From Phoronis australis (lineage: Eukaryota > Animalia > Phoronida): DNA of 64,000 nucleotides. The notes below the pieces were generated by a model. That model saw nothing but the letters and a program-made list of their open reading frames with translations, had not been told where the DNA came from and searched no databases. The stretch covers positions 118,510 through 182,509 of the forward strand of contig NMRA01000046.1 in assembly GCA_002633005.1 (NCBI GenBank), in the 5' to 3' direction. The position numbers and the translations under genes were made by a program. Shown here piece after piece: positions 24,247 to 39,059 of this stretch (positions are counted from its first letter, which is position 1; each line of letters opens with the position of its first letter).

Positions 24247-27200
24247 CTCTGTGAGTGCAAACCCCTATCAAGACATCGTTATTGTCTCCATTACGTTACA
24301 GCGCAAAAGATGTGCATGTGCTGCCTACCAATTCACGTCATTTGTGCACTAGACTCTAGCCTATGGACGCTGTGCGGCATGCAGTCCCACCTCAAGGTCG
24401 CATTATTTTTGTTTTGGTATAACCAAATAACGTTTGTTGATCGCTTTACATTTTAAACGACTGTTGTAACACAGACATAGATAATGAATGCCTTTTGTAA
24501 TATACCTGCTCGCAAGTTTTCCGTAAAAGGTGAATCAAAAAGAAATTAACACAAATCAGTCTCGCCTTGTTCAACTTATTACAGATGCCAAGCCTTTTGA
24601 TGACCTTTTCAACTGTAAACTATGCTTCAATTAATAACAGAACAGCTAACGCCACTTTTCATAAAAAATCATAGTTGTTAGCTGTTGGGAGTTGCTGTAA
24701 TCAAATTAAAAGCAAATTTACTAGACGAAGATTTTTAATACCCTTAGCATAGAAAAACATGTGCCTCCTATAATTCATATTGATTTTGTTGTCGTATTTT
24801 AATCTAACAAAAGATACCACCCTTGTTAAAGCATTGCACATCAGCAAGACATTTTTGTTGTAAATTTTTGTCATTTGTACGGCAAAACACTGACATACAC
24901 TGTAGCGAAAACAAGACCTATGACACGTTTTTTGTGGCCTGTCAACACGACATGATCATATTCCCAGCATCCGGTGAATCTCGGGCACTTTCGAAGCCCC
25001 AAGTTTTCTCTCCGGGATGAACGTTATCTACATATGTGCGAACATCAATCGGTTAATCATTCCCCAGTTAGAAAGTAACATGACGTGCAGTATTACTGAA
25101 GTTCACGCATGCCATCCGAGAGGAAAGTTGAAGCTACGAAAATACTCGATGTGTCCCAGAAGCCGCATTCTACCAGTGATCACTGCATACTGGGAAGATC
25201 AGTACACACGACAATCATGTCATATAAACAAGATTTTAAAGGACACATAAACAATATCTCATCCCACCTATGGTTTGTCGTGTATGTCAATAGCTTACTT
25301 TCGAAATAGCCGTGCCACATTGAAATTCACAAATCCGCCAGACGGCGATCACGTCTTGGGGAACAGGCATTCAGCGCCACCTATAGATCACGTGTAATGC
25401 AGACGGGGATTTTCAACCTTAACGTTTTAATACCATTCCTACCACCATATTAATGCCGGCAAATTCCACCGATGTGCGATCGGTTTTACTAATGCCAGAA
25501 AAAGGCAAATCTCTTGAAATATCCGTAGATGAAGGACATCATGTCCCACACATTTGCTCCTGCGATGAAGAATCTGCAGCGGCTGCTTAATCGTTGGGTC
25601 GTCTGATAAAGCGGCAGAATTACGATCCCAGTCGATGTCACAAAGCCAAAATAAATTACTGAACCTAACCCAATCAAACAATGGGGTGGGGGGGGGGGCA
25701 ATGCGACGTATTCTTTAATCTAATGAACCACTATATGTACAATAGCACTGAATTTCCATCCACCATATATGAGTTGTGATCAAATGGAAGTCGCATTCTC
25801 GCTCTCTTTACTTTGAATACGCCAATCTGAAAAGTCTCCGATTCGAAAACCAATAGTGCGTAGGCATGGCCTAAGGAAACACGACAATGATTGGGTGATG
25901 TGGAATGGTAAAAATATCATTAACACGCTAATCTAGGATGTCGCACGGGCACACTTTTCTAAGGAATGACAACCCGAGCCAGTTTGTACGTAATGTATAT
26001 CAAACTATTAGTGTACAACTCAAAATTTTCCATGAGAGCAGAAAAACGATCACTAAGACACATACTTTTAATCATGTGAAGTGATTTTATAGTCACTTGT
26101 TAGTCTCATTTGTATGTACACTTTGTAAATCATTTCAAATAATTATGAAAGTCCTCTACCACCTGTGTTCAATTGTTAGTAAACGTCAGTCACAATGGTA
26201 AAATTATATCAACAACGATATCACAATCAGTTAATTATAGTTTCTTTGTAATAGGCCTAAGCAAAACAAACGCCTCCATGAATATGAAAAGTAAAACAGC
26301 TTCGCTAAGTTCCGTTTGCTTGATACATAATTCTGTCAGCCAAGTACTAGTCTCATTGAAATAGGTGGTCTCCAACCAAGTATATTTTTATTTGATTTCC
26401 GAGCAGTTGAATGGACATGCGCTGTTTCACTGGGTTTCTAGTCTTTCACAAAATGGACACGGGAGCTCAGCTGCACACTCAAAGCTAGTCTAATGTAATA
26501 CTCGAGGAACAGGAGATACGGACACTCAAGATAATACCAAATAACTCAAAACCTAATATATGAGACAACACTACACAACAATTTTAACACTAAACTAATT
26601 ACCACTAGGAACTAGAAGGCTACAGTTTATTCTGGCCCATATTCAGTCATAAAATGACGTCGAGTAACTGGACATAGCAACTGGTGCAAACCATAGTCTA
26701 CAGACTACATATACTTCGTATTATACTGCTTGAAAGATAAATGGAATAATTTTTAAGGTACAAAATAACAAAACAAACGATGTTTTATGAACATGTATTC
26801 TCCACAGCCATTGTAAATGCGAAAATAACATCTATTAGGTTAGTAAACTCCAAATAAGGAAGTCAATACAGTCAGGAACATGACTGGCAGAGAGGCTGGC
26901 TTGAAAACAAAAGACGCAACATGCCCTTACTGCTTTGCACTATTTTGTCCCTTGACGTGTGTTGTGTCTAACCTCTCTACTCGAAACTCAACTCAAAATG
27001 TTACTACTAAATGCTAAGATTAGACAGTGGGCTCTGAAGCCACCTAACAGAATTGTAGGCATTCTGCCGTTCTGTTAACGCCTTGTTTGCAAGGGAACAC
27101 TTCTCTCAACGCACTAAGAACGTCATGTCACTCAAAGATACTGCTTTTCTCAAAAAGTGTCCGCCAACAAAACCTGAAATGCAAACGTTAAAAGCGTACC

Positions 27201-28467
27201 ACTGTGACATCACTAAATGTCTCGTTACCAGGAAATTCGTATATTTTGTTGCCGTGCCGTATTTGCAAAGCACTTGGCGCCACATCCGTTTCTATCGACG
27301 GGCGACAAGTAAATTCGTCATGTTTCCATGGGTTTTAAAGTTTCTCGTGTTTCCGATCAGTCGTAAATTGTCTATTTCCGTCATTTAAAGGTGTGTTTAG
27401 CGACAAGGTTTTGCGTCAGATTTTCGAACGAGTTTGCAGAACGACATGGAACTAAATTTTGTCATCGATAGTTTCTTCTTGTTGACAGTCCTCTGACTTT
27501 GGTGAGACCCTCAAAAACTCGACGACAAAAGTCGAAGGAAAGTCGTAAGCATTTGGTTTTTATTACAAAAGCATACATGTTTCGTATTAGAAGTTCCCCG
27601 AGAATGAAGATAAGGTATTGTGCTAGACATATGCAACATATTTTAAAAACGCCATTTTTAATAAGGTTTGAGAATATCATTAAAAGGACAATTAAAGTAG
27701 ACCATGCTTAATGGAAACGTCACCGGGCTGCTCATCATGAAACCAACCTGACGACTTAGTGAATCTGGCTGGTGTTTGAAGTCCATGACCGGTGTTTCTT
27801 TCACTCCCCCTGACAGGACATGCAACCGTTCAACCTTTGACCAAAAAAGATCGAAAACACAAGGCTATATTCTGCTGGCACGTGATCAACAACTTTTGAC
27901 TTATCAACGAAGTAACGATGTCTAAAAGTATTAAGCCCCGGCCTATATAATTCTTGATTCCAAAACAGTCGTTCATTTTATTCTACATAAAAAAATAAAG
28001 AAAAATAACGAAAATTAGAAACTAGGTAGTAACAAATCACCGCCGTAATTTTCTAGTCTCGTACTTTCTTACAACACTTTTTAAAGACCACTGCTGAATG
28101 AGGACGCTGTGGTCGGCTATATAAGTCTCCGACAGATTCCCACAACTTTTTCGAAAGAGTATCATGTAGACGTTTTGAGGAAGCAAATCTCTTCTGAAAA
28201 ATGAGCGTTTCCGACTGGAGGCTCTTTCGGAAATCCCCGTTATTTAGATAGTAAAGATACTGGCATTGACTTCAGTGACTGTCTGGCAGGCAAAGGCTAT
28301 TGGTGAACTATAATAAAACCAAAAAACAGATCTTTTTGTTTTGATCAGAATCCATCCCAATCTAACAATAACCCCAGAAATCCGCTTTTCGGCCGTAAAA
28401 ACGATAATTACCCTTAAGTGTGAGCCGCTTTGTCAAGTTTTTTCGTATGAGAAATGCGGCAGTCGGG

Positions 28468-28623
28468 CAGTGCTGTAGCGGTAAAAGTAGAGGTAAGTAG
28501 GCGCCGAAAGCCCACGGTATCACCTTGAGCACTGAACGTAACTTGCGGTGCGTAGGCGCTACGTGTAAATGCCAAAAGGTGGTTGGCTGCGCCTACGTGC
28601 GCCTACGTCCCACTACAGCACAG
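28468..28623. mobile_element. hAT-type MITE (156 bp) with a perfect 8-bp TSD
   Basis: TIRs CAGTGCTGTAG and CTACAGCACAG, TSD CAGTCGGG at 28460-28467 and 28624-28631, and subterminal GTAGGCGC/GCGCCTAC repeats. Confidence 0.85.
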
Positions 28624-29283
28624 CAGTCGGGTGAAACTGTAACGAGAATCACATTTTTCTTGCAAACGTCGGTCGTTATTTTATTTACTGGGACCCTTCG
28701 TCGTCATGTAATCCGTGAAGCCGTTTTCTATTGTAATCTATAAACGCAAAAATGCAGAAAAAATGCGGAGAACGAACGTAGGTCTTGTAGACGACGAGGT
28801 AGGTGGCTGAGTGAGCTAGACCACGTTGAACTAAACAAAGTAAATATGGGCGACCAATCAGGTGTCGCATAGAGAAATGTATGAATACAAAAGTAGACAC
28901 TTGAGGCTATAAATAGAGATGAGTAATAAAAAATAAACCCTAAGAGTTGATATCAAAATAAAGTGACAAATGTCAAAATAATGCCGATAAATACATCTAA
29001 CAAGTTAAATTTAATATTATGGTACTTTTGTTCAGCCTGAGGCATCAATATCAAGTCCAAAGGATCTCTCATCGGTTCATTGCAAAACTCTGAAGTCATA
29101 GTATGTAAACTGTTGCTCGATTACTTCAAATATCAGTCTTTGTCCTTTCCGTCTGTGTAACGAAATAAAAAGAAGTGAGACGACGATAAAAGAATTGATG
29201 AAGTGTGAAGCAAGCTGTAACAGAACGCACATAAGGAGAGATGTTTCTATAGCGGTACCATAGATTAAAGTAGTATTTACGCG

Positions 29284-29705
29284 AGAGACGTACAGCTGAC
29301 ACGGAACGACTAACACGGAACAGCTGATCAGGTACAAGTGTAAGCGTAAACACGATTGACACGGAGCAAGCTGACACTGGTCGGCCATTATTACACCGGT
29401 TTAATAGGTAGAGCAATTTACACTCGATCAGTTGCTCTAGTTTCAACTAACCATCTAAACAGAACTAGGACAGGACGGAAAGGGATCATCTTTCAATGTG
29501 CTTGCGCAATATCGTATAATTACACGGGTAATGGGCTGGCATTACACGTGGTTTGGACTTTCGTTGTTGTTTGCGAGCATGCACAGACAGTATTCATGTT
29601 AGTGACTCATGCTGATCCAGTTTGCGATCTATTGTCTTGTAAATGCGACTAAACTGGAGCAAGTCGCACCGTGACAACTGACACGGTGACAACTGGCTCT
29701 CGTCT
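29284..29705. mobile_element. Probable non-autonomous DNA transposon with ~15-bp subterminal direct repeats
   Basis: (CA)GCTGACACGG / ACTAACACGG / ATTGACACGG / ACTGACACGG clusters at ~29292-29380 and ~29647-29700. The ends read AGACG...CGTCT. Confidence 0.4.
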
Positions 29706-32169
29706 AGAAGCGGCTTAAAACCTAGATGTGACACGCCAGCATAAAAATAAGTTGCATTCGCTTTGCAGCACCACCTGATTTTTGTCAGTGCTCGATATAA
29801 CAACTGATGTTATTCAAGAAAAGTAGTACTGAAGGTATTTTCGTGTATGAACCCGTGGGATATATTTGGTAGATGGAGTCGAAGGCACAAATTACGCCCT
29901 GGCGAACATTTGGCACCACCAAATCTATTGGACTGGGCGTATATTTAACAACGCTGTTGTGCAGGCATAGTGCAAAATTAATCACAAGGCGTTCACTTAT
30001 TTTGGAAATACACGGCTGCATGGGCGTATCCTGGATACCTACCTAAAATTCTATGATTTAGGAAAACACATTTTCGGGACTTTAAATGGAGATACATAAT
30101 AAAAATTGACAACAAACGAAGCAGGCTGTGACAAGGGTGTACAACCATCGACGTTTCAAGGGCAAATACCGCAATTTTAATTTATGAAAGTACTGTGTGT
30201 CTCGCAGTGTGGCTGGCACTAGCCCTACGGCATAAAAAATAACAATCTCAAATAAGTCGGACTGGTTTCTGCTGCTTAACAACGGACGGATATTTTACAA
30301 AATGAAAATTTCTCGATCCTCATATTTGCATTCTGTCCACCGTACTGGCCAGCACAAAAATTCACATAAAACAAACACAATAAAGAAGAGATAGCCACGA
30401 ACTTTCACTCGTGAGCCTTTCCAAAATTTGTAAGCACATTTCTGTGAATGACAGTATTTTTTGGTTTCAGCCACAGGCGTATCTTTCCCCAGCAAAATAT
30501 ATCGATGTCAGAAGTTGACTGTGGGTTTAGTTTAAAAGGTAGCTATGTTTTGTAATTGTGGGTGGATGGAGAGAGAATGATTAAATCCAGTAATAAATTT
30601 ATTATTTAATAGCCACTAATTAATGTAAGTGAAACCAGTTATTAATCAAAATACACTAACAATCAAGAAGAGTAACTACGCTAGTGCCCTCTGTAGAGAT
30701 AATTACAATCAATTAACCATAAACAACCAAACATCTTATCTGCTATTCAATCTCTAGGACTCGACATTCGTTGGATGACGGACCTGTTGGTTGATATTTG
30801 TACTCACACACGCATTGTACTGCGACAATCTACTTGCTGATCACAGTCCTTCGAGACGCACCGACATGTGTAAGCAAAACTATCTGACTACCCACAATTC
30901 CACTTCCTGATCACAATTCTTCGAGAAGCAACACGCGGGCAATATCCACAATACAAGTGGCAAGCTCTAAGTAAACTTTCTGTCCGTTAAGGTCTAGGTA
31001 GAGGCCTGTGTAGCTCCATCCAAAATGAATAAAATGTTGTGGTTGGGTTTGCCGGCCCGGTTTTGTGAACTAGATGGGAAGTGATTGTCACAAATGGTCA
31101 ATAGTTCCCTTAAGTTGTTTTGAGTAAATTAAGTCCAGAAATTTGGGCTGTGCTCTTACCTACTAGGAGACATAAGGGCAGCCATTTTGAGAGCACGTCC
31201 TTGTTGAGTCTTCTTAGGGCGAAACCAAGTAGCCTTCAGACAAGTGGATTGGTAAAAAATCTGGTAGGAACCTCAATTCCTAGAATCTAGATTGCATAAG
31301 AGCATTCGGATGATAGTCTCTTTTCTTGCACGGGGACAGCCGTGAATTTGTGGGCTTAGGTAAAATATGGCCAAAATCGCACTTTTTGGTTATTTTTGGG
31401 ACCTCCATTTTTCACGGTGGGATGTACCAAGGTAAAAAGTCATGGCTTTGATAATTTTCTTTCATTTTTGTACTTTCTGTTACTTATGCCTTTTTTCATG
31501 TGAGACAGATATGCAAACAAGATCCAGAGATAAGGTAAAATCAGCCACTGGTACTGTGGTCTTGGTCCTAACCCTTACCCTTGCCAAAATCCTCTTTAGA
31601 ATCTCCCACAAAATGGCTCTGTTGTGCTATTTCTTCAGTACAGTGAAGCAAGTCTCATGGCTTCAATTACTGAATTCCATCCGACTGTCTCCTACTCATT
31701 TGCCCAAACTATAATAATGCACTTACGTAACGATTGGCTAATAAAAACACATCATCTTATCTGATCATATCAATGGCTGTTATAATCTAATCTTAGAAAT
31801 TTCTAAGCTCTTTATAGTACACTGACCCCAGAACAAAAGAGGTAAACATCATCTAAAAGTACATGTAAACATCAATGTACATGTAAACAAGTTTGACCCC
31901 ATGGTTGGGAACGTCCATGAGCCCATAATTGTTGTTTACATCAGTAAATTAAATCGGGCGCTGTGAAGAAGGGACGTAATTTCCACGGAATGTCCACATT
32001 AAATAACATCAATAAAGCGAGCAGGGGTCATCTTTTTATGTTGAAAAATAATCCATTTTGACATTTTCACGGAGTTAAACATTAACGCTGTTATGGCAGG
32101 CGTACAATTAATCAAGTGCTTCGTGTTTATCTCGAACTATCGCCACCACGGACTTATTCGCTATGTCTA

Positions 32170-32519
32170 ATTAAAGACAAGTTTACATTCCGGACGTAAC
32201 GGCGCATCATTTAAGAATCTGCAACATTCTTCGAAAGTTGCCTTGCCCATCTGTAAGTAGTCTTCCGACATTATGAGGTTTTAGAGCGTGATTGGGCTAG
32301 ATGAGCTGATTAAATGTACGCGTTGAATAAGCAATAGTGCGCGTTAATAAGGTAAAAATACGCGTTGAATAAGACCAGCACGATGATCGTTTAAGAAATA
32401 AAAGTACACATTGAATAAGTAAAGCTACCCGTAAGTTGATTAAAGAAAATAGGCGTCGATTAAGCACATTTCAACGTGTTGACAGGTACTCGTTTAAGAA
32501 CCCTTTGGCGCTTCATATT
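32170..32519. mobile_element. Partial copy of the foldback repeat family also at 43732-44141 and 46525-46689
   Basis: Shares GCGTGATTGGGCTA, ~21-bp CGCGTTGAATAAG units, GATGATCGTTTAAGAA and the identical terminus CTCGTTTAAGAACCCTTTGGCGCTTCATATT. Confidence 0.75.
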
Positions 32520-35500
32520 ACTGGTGGTCACTGCGAGAAATGAAAACCAAGTGTATTCTGGATATTAAGACTTTTGTTATCTCATGCACAGCATTTTAAT
32601 AATTGAGTGACTGCTCGATGAGCCTCAACCCCAGAAAGAAGTTTAAATTACCGTGTTTGCATAGTGAAGACGTTTTATCGGAAATTGCCTCGAAAGCTTT
32701 AGGGAACAATGTGTTAACAGCCGTGTGATGCAATTACTATTATTGGCTCCCACATCACTTTACAAATTAGCTTCTGTACCAGACGAATGAACTTCAATTG
32801 ACACCGTCACGATTCGTGTCCCCATGAGATGCATTAAACATTCATTCAACGCCTAGCTATCAAACACAAAATTAAACGTCCACGCTTGTTTCCTCTTGGG
32901 AACTTCAAAAGTCAATCACTGATTAGAAGTTTTGTTTTCCGTTTTTGAGTTTTCCTATCTTTGGCATTACAGATGAAGTCAAACCAGTTGTGCAAATAAT
33001 GAGTCTGTGGTTAGAAGATTAGCCTCGTCAAGAGACAAATTCAATCCCTCCACTAGCTCCACTACTATTTGCTGATAGTGTTATTTATTTATTTATTAAT
33101 TAATGTAACATTTACAATGAGGGTAGCCTCATCAGTTCACTCTGCTTTCCATGGGGGTACAGCAAATGACACAGGTACATGTTTTTTAAAAACATTTCTA
33201 ACTGATAAGTCCGGTTATTCTACACCACCATACAAGTTCATAATAAAATATGCGTGTTGCTTTTGTTGCACACAGAGCACCGGTTCCTTGGTACAGGGGC
33301 TAAACTTAATATTTTCCTGATCACAGAGAGATTGCGAAAGCGCAGTGAGAACCAGCATGTTGTGAAAGAAAAGCTGTTTTCTTACAAAAACTTAAAAAAC
33401 CTCAGCAATGATACTTTTCTTGCCCTCAATGTTACTTTAAGCCTTAGACCATGTAATATTAGGTAATTCCAGGAGCTCAGAAGTTTGAGCAGAATTTGAG
33501 ACATTAATGCAACAAAAGGGGTAGAAATTTTGCCAGTCTGTTGTGAAGTCGCACACTCATTCAATTAATTCATGGTTTCAACAGTGATCTAGCTGGCCCA
33601 AACTGCTGTTTGCAGAAGCACAAAATGATATAAGAACATGCCAAGAATTGTATGCATGTCAGTATGAAGGCACTTGCCACTTTACTTGGCTTTCCTCAAT
33701 TCTTAACTGCTCCCTGCTAGTTTATGAGCCTTGGTCCTTAGTAATTGCCAATTACTTGCACACCCACCCAAGAATTACTACTATGCAATGTAGACAATAG
33801 CTGTAAACAAGCTAGCCAAGCCAGCAGGATAACACCAGCTGACTGTCTTCTGATGAATGCTTTTACGAAGCAGACGACTTGAGAATGGGAAAGGTACGGA
33901 CACAATATTTTCCTGGCATTTGATTGGCTGTTCTGATCATTTTGCACTGACACCTGGTGGCTAACATATTAGTTGAGGTTATTTTTTTCCAACTTTGAAA
34001 TTAAAATTCATACTAAAGGTGAAAGTGTATTCTGGGGAACTTTTTTTGAAAATGACTTTTGAACATCTGTTGACGGGTTTAATGCAAAGTTCCCGTTGCC
34101 CCCCGAAAGTTGCCACGGAGGTGAAAGATAGGAGACTGGAACTATGGCCAATTAATAGCTTTGAGTGACTATTCCAAACAGTTTTAATGAGGACTTGTCA
34201 GCAGTGATACTATAATTTTAGGTGCTTCACGCTCAACATTGCCATAGCCTACAATTTGTAAGTCCTGAAGTATCACAGGTTGTATTTATTCTCCTCTTGG
34301 CTGGTGCCATGTCTGTTGTAGAGAGATCTTGGCAACATGCCCTGGAACAGAGGAACCTCTGGACGTTGATGCTTGGCAATTTGATGCAGCAACCCAGTGA
34401 TATGGACACTGACTTGCCCACGACCAATTTGCGCATGAGTAATTGCTTTTCTCACCTCAGGAACAGGAATGAGATGAATCTGCAAAATGCAGTTTTTGAA
34501 AATTGAGCAAATTGATTCGAATGTTTGATACTGCTAGTTGAGTTAGTGTACGTGGGTGGGAAATTTGACAGCAATAATTCTTAAGTGTCAGCATGCGAGT
34601 CAGCTATTATTGAGAAATTATTGAGTCAAAATCGGATTAAATTTTTATTAGATCATAGAGTACATTAAACATGTTCCTAATGTCGTCAATCAGGTCAATT
34701 TAATGTTTTGCTACATTAAATGCAATTAAATGAATTCATACACTTATTAGCAAAAAAATTGCATGCCTCCTCAAATCAGTGGGTCATTTTTCTCTGTGAT
34801 CTGAAACATTTTACTTGCTACTTGCAACCACTTGCTGCTGGCCTTACTGTAAATAAAATCAACGTTTTAGTGCATGATTTATAAACTGTCCAGTGCGTAT
34901 AGATTTAAAACATGAGTAGATAATAGAAACACCGGTTGTAATTTGACAAAATGTAGTTGATCAATTAAACTGAAAACACCTTAGTTCAGTCCACGTTCCA
35001 CGCAACTGAATTCAACGATTCACGAAATAACATAATGAATTTACAAATAAATCTGACAGCTTCAAACTTTTCAACTATAATTAAGCTACTCACGGTGAAA
35101 TTGGTATCATTGCGTTGTTTTGTGAATCCATTGAAATAGACAGTTGGTAGGACTGACCAGCTGACATCTCAACAACGGAATAATGTTTATAGTGTGTGAA
35201 ACAACTTACTTTTTATTGAGGTTATGGAGTACTTGTACTCTTTTGACAGACGATTCTTGCCGGATGACTGTAAAGACTTTTTACAATAGCATTCCAGAAA
35301 GCTAAATGTTATGTTTGGAACAAGTATAAGGTCACGATCAGCCAGGACAAATGAGGCTACCTTTACTATAAACAGGATGTAGTTTATCCGTGTTAGCCTC
35401 GCCTTGGATTTTCTCTTAGTATTCATGAATTAATGAGGAAGGCCTTTGTGTGGCATATTGGTCGGATTTTTTTCCTTGAATTTGGCGTTGCAAATCCGTG

Positions 35501-38500
35501 TCCTGAATTGCATGAGAAGATATTGTGCCTAGAGTCACTGTTTAAAGGTCCAACGTCCCCGACGTCTATATATTCGACTTATTTACATGTGATGGAAAAA
35601 CAGAACAGGGATCTTGGGTGGGTTACCTATGTAAGAAGTAGATAGTCGATAAAATGTCATATACTGTTACTATAAAATAAGTTAAAGTTGTACAATAAAA
35701 AGCAAGCTATACAAGAGAATTACAAAGATATCAGTAGGCCAGGAAGACAGCTAAAACCCTCTGGTTAGCTTAAAGTCCTTCTCTCAAACTGTCCATGTGG
35801 TTCCAGTATACGAAAATACTGACTACATAAATTCTTATTTTCGACACCCTTTCTTTATATTCGTTTCGCCTTTGTTGCCAAAAGCGATTTTTTAACAGTA
35901 TTTGACCCTTCTCTGTGAGCTTATAATTACCGGCTGTCATCGGTAATTTCCGTACCCACATTTCCGGCTCATGAGTTCAGGAACTTGTCCTGAACGCCAC
36001 CATTTTTTCCTTGTAACTGAATGTGCTATCGCTTGCTCGAAAAGTCTTCATTATTTTGTTTTATTAGTAATATCTCGTGATTCGTTTGCATATGTAGTGT
36101 ATTTATAGTTTGTAGTTAGTGGTCGTTGATTTTTTTTGGAATGTTACGCGTACTTAGTATGTTAAAATAGCATTGGTGTTTAGTTCCTTACGTAGGCCGG
36201 TCGAACCTAGGAACCAGTATGGGTCGAACCATTTTTTTTCGGTTTTATTTTTTTTCTTGTTTTGAAAAAGTACTTTGCTATCATCGGAAAGGTAGTACAT
36301 TCTACTCAGTAAAAATCGAAAAAGTATCAAAATCGGGGCAAGCAGTGTAAAGTTATTGCAAGTTGTGTCGCGAAATTTCGGGGTCACATTGTTTGGATCG
36401 CGTCGGCCATATTGGAGGACAGCGGGATAAGTTACGAGTTTTCGCCAACAAATTACGGTGAAATTTAGTTAAACATATTTTTACATACTATTCTGCACGA
36501 TTTAGCAGTGTTCACCAAATTTCAGCCTCACATTTGTTACTCATTAAGTGATATATGTGCTCACAATTCCCGTTGGACTTCGTCTCATTTCTGGCGGCAC
36601 CGACAACATGGCCACTTTTGCTGAACTGAAAGGCATGTTCAATCGGCTACTTTGTAATTTGTCAAGATTTAACGTTGATACATTTTGACAAACGTTGCTA
36701 CAAAAAAGAAACTTTGTTCAATTTTCGTGTTTTTGTGCCCGTAATTTCATGCAAGTGTCTGAAACTACCCTTGAATATATGCAGCATTATTATGATTTGA
36801 CCATTTTACTTCGACAAAACAGCTTGCAACCGCATGCATTTACCGTTCGCCAGTGTCTGGTCTCGATCCGCACCGGGTCCGATAGGCTGCGGTCCCGAGT
36901 CTGACAAAGTAATTTCTGTCAAAATTTATTCGCCACATTTCTTCAGCAAATTCGATAAAATTGTCCGTAGTTTGATTTTACTAAAATTAAGGCGCGCTGT
37001 CGATTATTTTATCCCCGTTTGCTGGCTGGCAACAGTACAGGCACTGCTCCAGTCGCACTGACGGCGTTTTCTCGGCCTGGGTTCCTGAATGAATTGTACT
37101 TCCGGGTTCGCGGCAAGTTCAAAATGGCGGTCTTTCTTCGGGTGCGAATCGAGAGTGGCGCGTTCATTTAAACTTTTTTCGAGTACGGATCGTGTATTAG
37201 TTATGGGGTAAGTACTTCTGGGATCCTTATAACATCCTCTAACCATGTAATAAGGGTTAACAACGCGCGAGAGAAGGATTTTAACGTAAGGTAGTAACTA
37301 AAGTAGAAAATATAAAACAAGTATTACAAAAATACGAAAACCAGAAATGGTAATGGGAGAGATAATAACTTGCGATAAAAATACGAATGTTACGTGTATA
37401 TCAGCTTAGACTGGAAAGTGTTCCGTAAACCTAGTTCCTTGCAGAAAAGGCAAGAACTCTCAAAATCACGCGAGTGAAAATGTTTCGCGAGTATCCTGGG
37501 GAGCTTTCTTAGACGCCAAGTATGGTGCCAAAATGACTATTTTTACATCTAAAATACATTTATTGATAAAAAAACATCAAAATACTGTGTCATAGCATAC
37601 CCCAGTCGTTAATTAAGTAGGCCTTCGACAATACAGTAGCCCCATCACGAACCCCATTTAGCGCCAAAAAAACTTGAGACGACGCTTGCACTAATCGAAG
37701 TCTACAATGTACGACATCATCGTTACAACGAATTTGGCTTTCACCGTGTCTCCAGAGTATTTGAATCAGAGATTACTCGTTTTTTAATTCAGTGCAAAAT
37801 ACGTGGAAAATCAAGGAAACACATTAATTTTTCATTTCATGTCAGTTAATATTAAAATTAATCAAAATCACTACCTTTAGAATTTTTATTCAATTATTTA
37901 GCACACATTCTAATACGGGCCCGTATGAGAATCCCCGGGAGTGTGACTGGTGCCGTCGAAACAGCCGGAAAAAACAAAACTCTTCGTCTGAATTGTTATC
38001 AGCAATTTCCCAATGTTTATTATAAAGTGTAATTTGTTTGATACAAAAACTTTGATGTTAGTAACTTTCCATTCATATCTTTTTGAAGCCGAAGGTATGA
38101 ACGCTGCGCGATTCCAATACGGACGGCTTTCCAGTGTGTGTCCCGTATGGGTATAGGCGACAACAGGCCATTTAATTTGGTGCAAAATACGTAGAAACGT
38201 TAGGCTTACAGCACATATCAGCATGATCTTTTCGTACAATGCAACTATACTCAAATTCATTGAAAATTTTTTATTAGAAACTCAATTTTCAATAAGTCGC
38301 CTTGAAATGCTGCAACCCGTAGTCGGTCAAGCTAAAAAAAATGAAAATTTAATAGCAACACAACATTGTGCGTGTCTGTAATAAATTAAAACTACGAAAT
38401 AAAGTCTGTATTGCATGAAAAGATACCCTGTCATAAGAATTTGTAATCAATTGAACGTTTTAAATTCAGTATCAGAATTCCGTTAGGCCTACGGGAACGA

Positions 38501-38729
38501 CCCAAATCAGACAGAATATTCCGGATTTGGGCCGGATTCCCTATACTCTGGGCCGGAACAGTGACACGAAACGTCGAAGTGCACACTGCAGATTTTTTGT
38601 AGCCAACCAGCTAGCTGTGTTTGAAGGCTATCGCCAAAATACAGCTAGGTAACACTATGACTTGAGCTCTGTTAAACCATAGACCATAGACTGTAGTCTA
38701 TCACGAAATTTCATAGGCCTACCCACAGA

Positions 38730-39059
38730 CCGGGTCCCGGTCTCTAATCTTTGTACTCGAAACGAACTCGAAAATATTTTTGGCAATTTCTCTGCTACTT
38801 TTGTGCGAACTCAAGATAATTGGTTATCAGACTGTGCTCGAATACATTTATAGTTTATGCATAGGAAACTCGAACTTATTGCTTTAATATTGGGTTTACA
38901 AACTGTGAACTAAGGGCAATAAATTATCTAAGTAAGTTATTGTGTACTCGAGCATAGAATAATAGACACTTATCTTGAGTTCGCCCAAAAGTAGAGTAGA
39001 AAATGCCAAAACTAATTTCGAGTTCCATTTCGAGTAAAAAGATTGGAGACCGGACCCGG
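38730..39059. mobile_element. Palindromic (foldback) MITE with ~120-bp arms
   Basis: CCGGGTCCCGGTCTCTAATCTTTGTACTCGAAACGAACTCGAAA...CTACTTTTGTGCGAACTCAAGATAA is mirrored by TTATCTTGAGTTCGCCCAAAAGTAG...TTTCGAGTTCCATTTCGAGTAAAAAGATTGGAGACCGGACCCGG. Confidence 0.8.

Noticed and set aside
33300-34600. Possible decayed transposase with Cys/His-rich fragments and an Academ-like subterminal motif near 34020-34110
   Set aside because: I could not assemble a convincing motif series by eye. It needs a frameshift-aware BLASTX.
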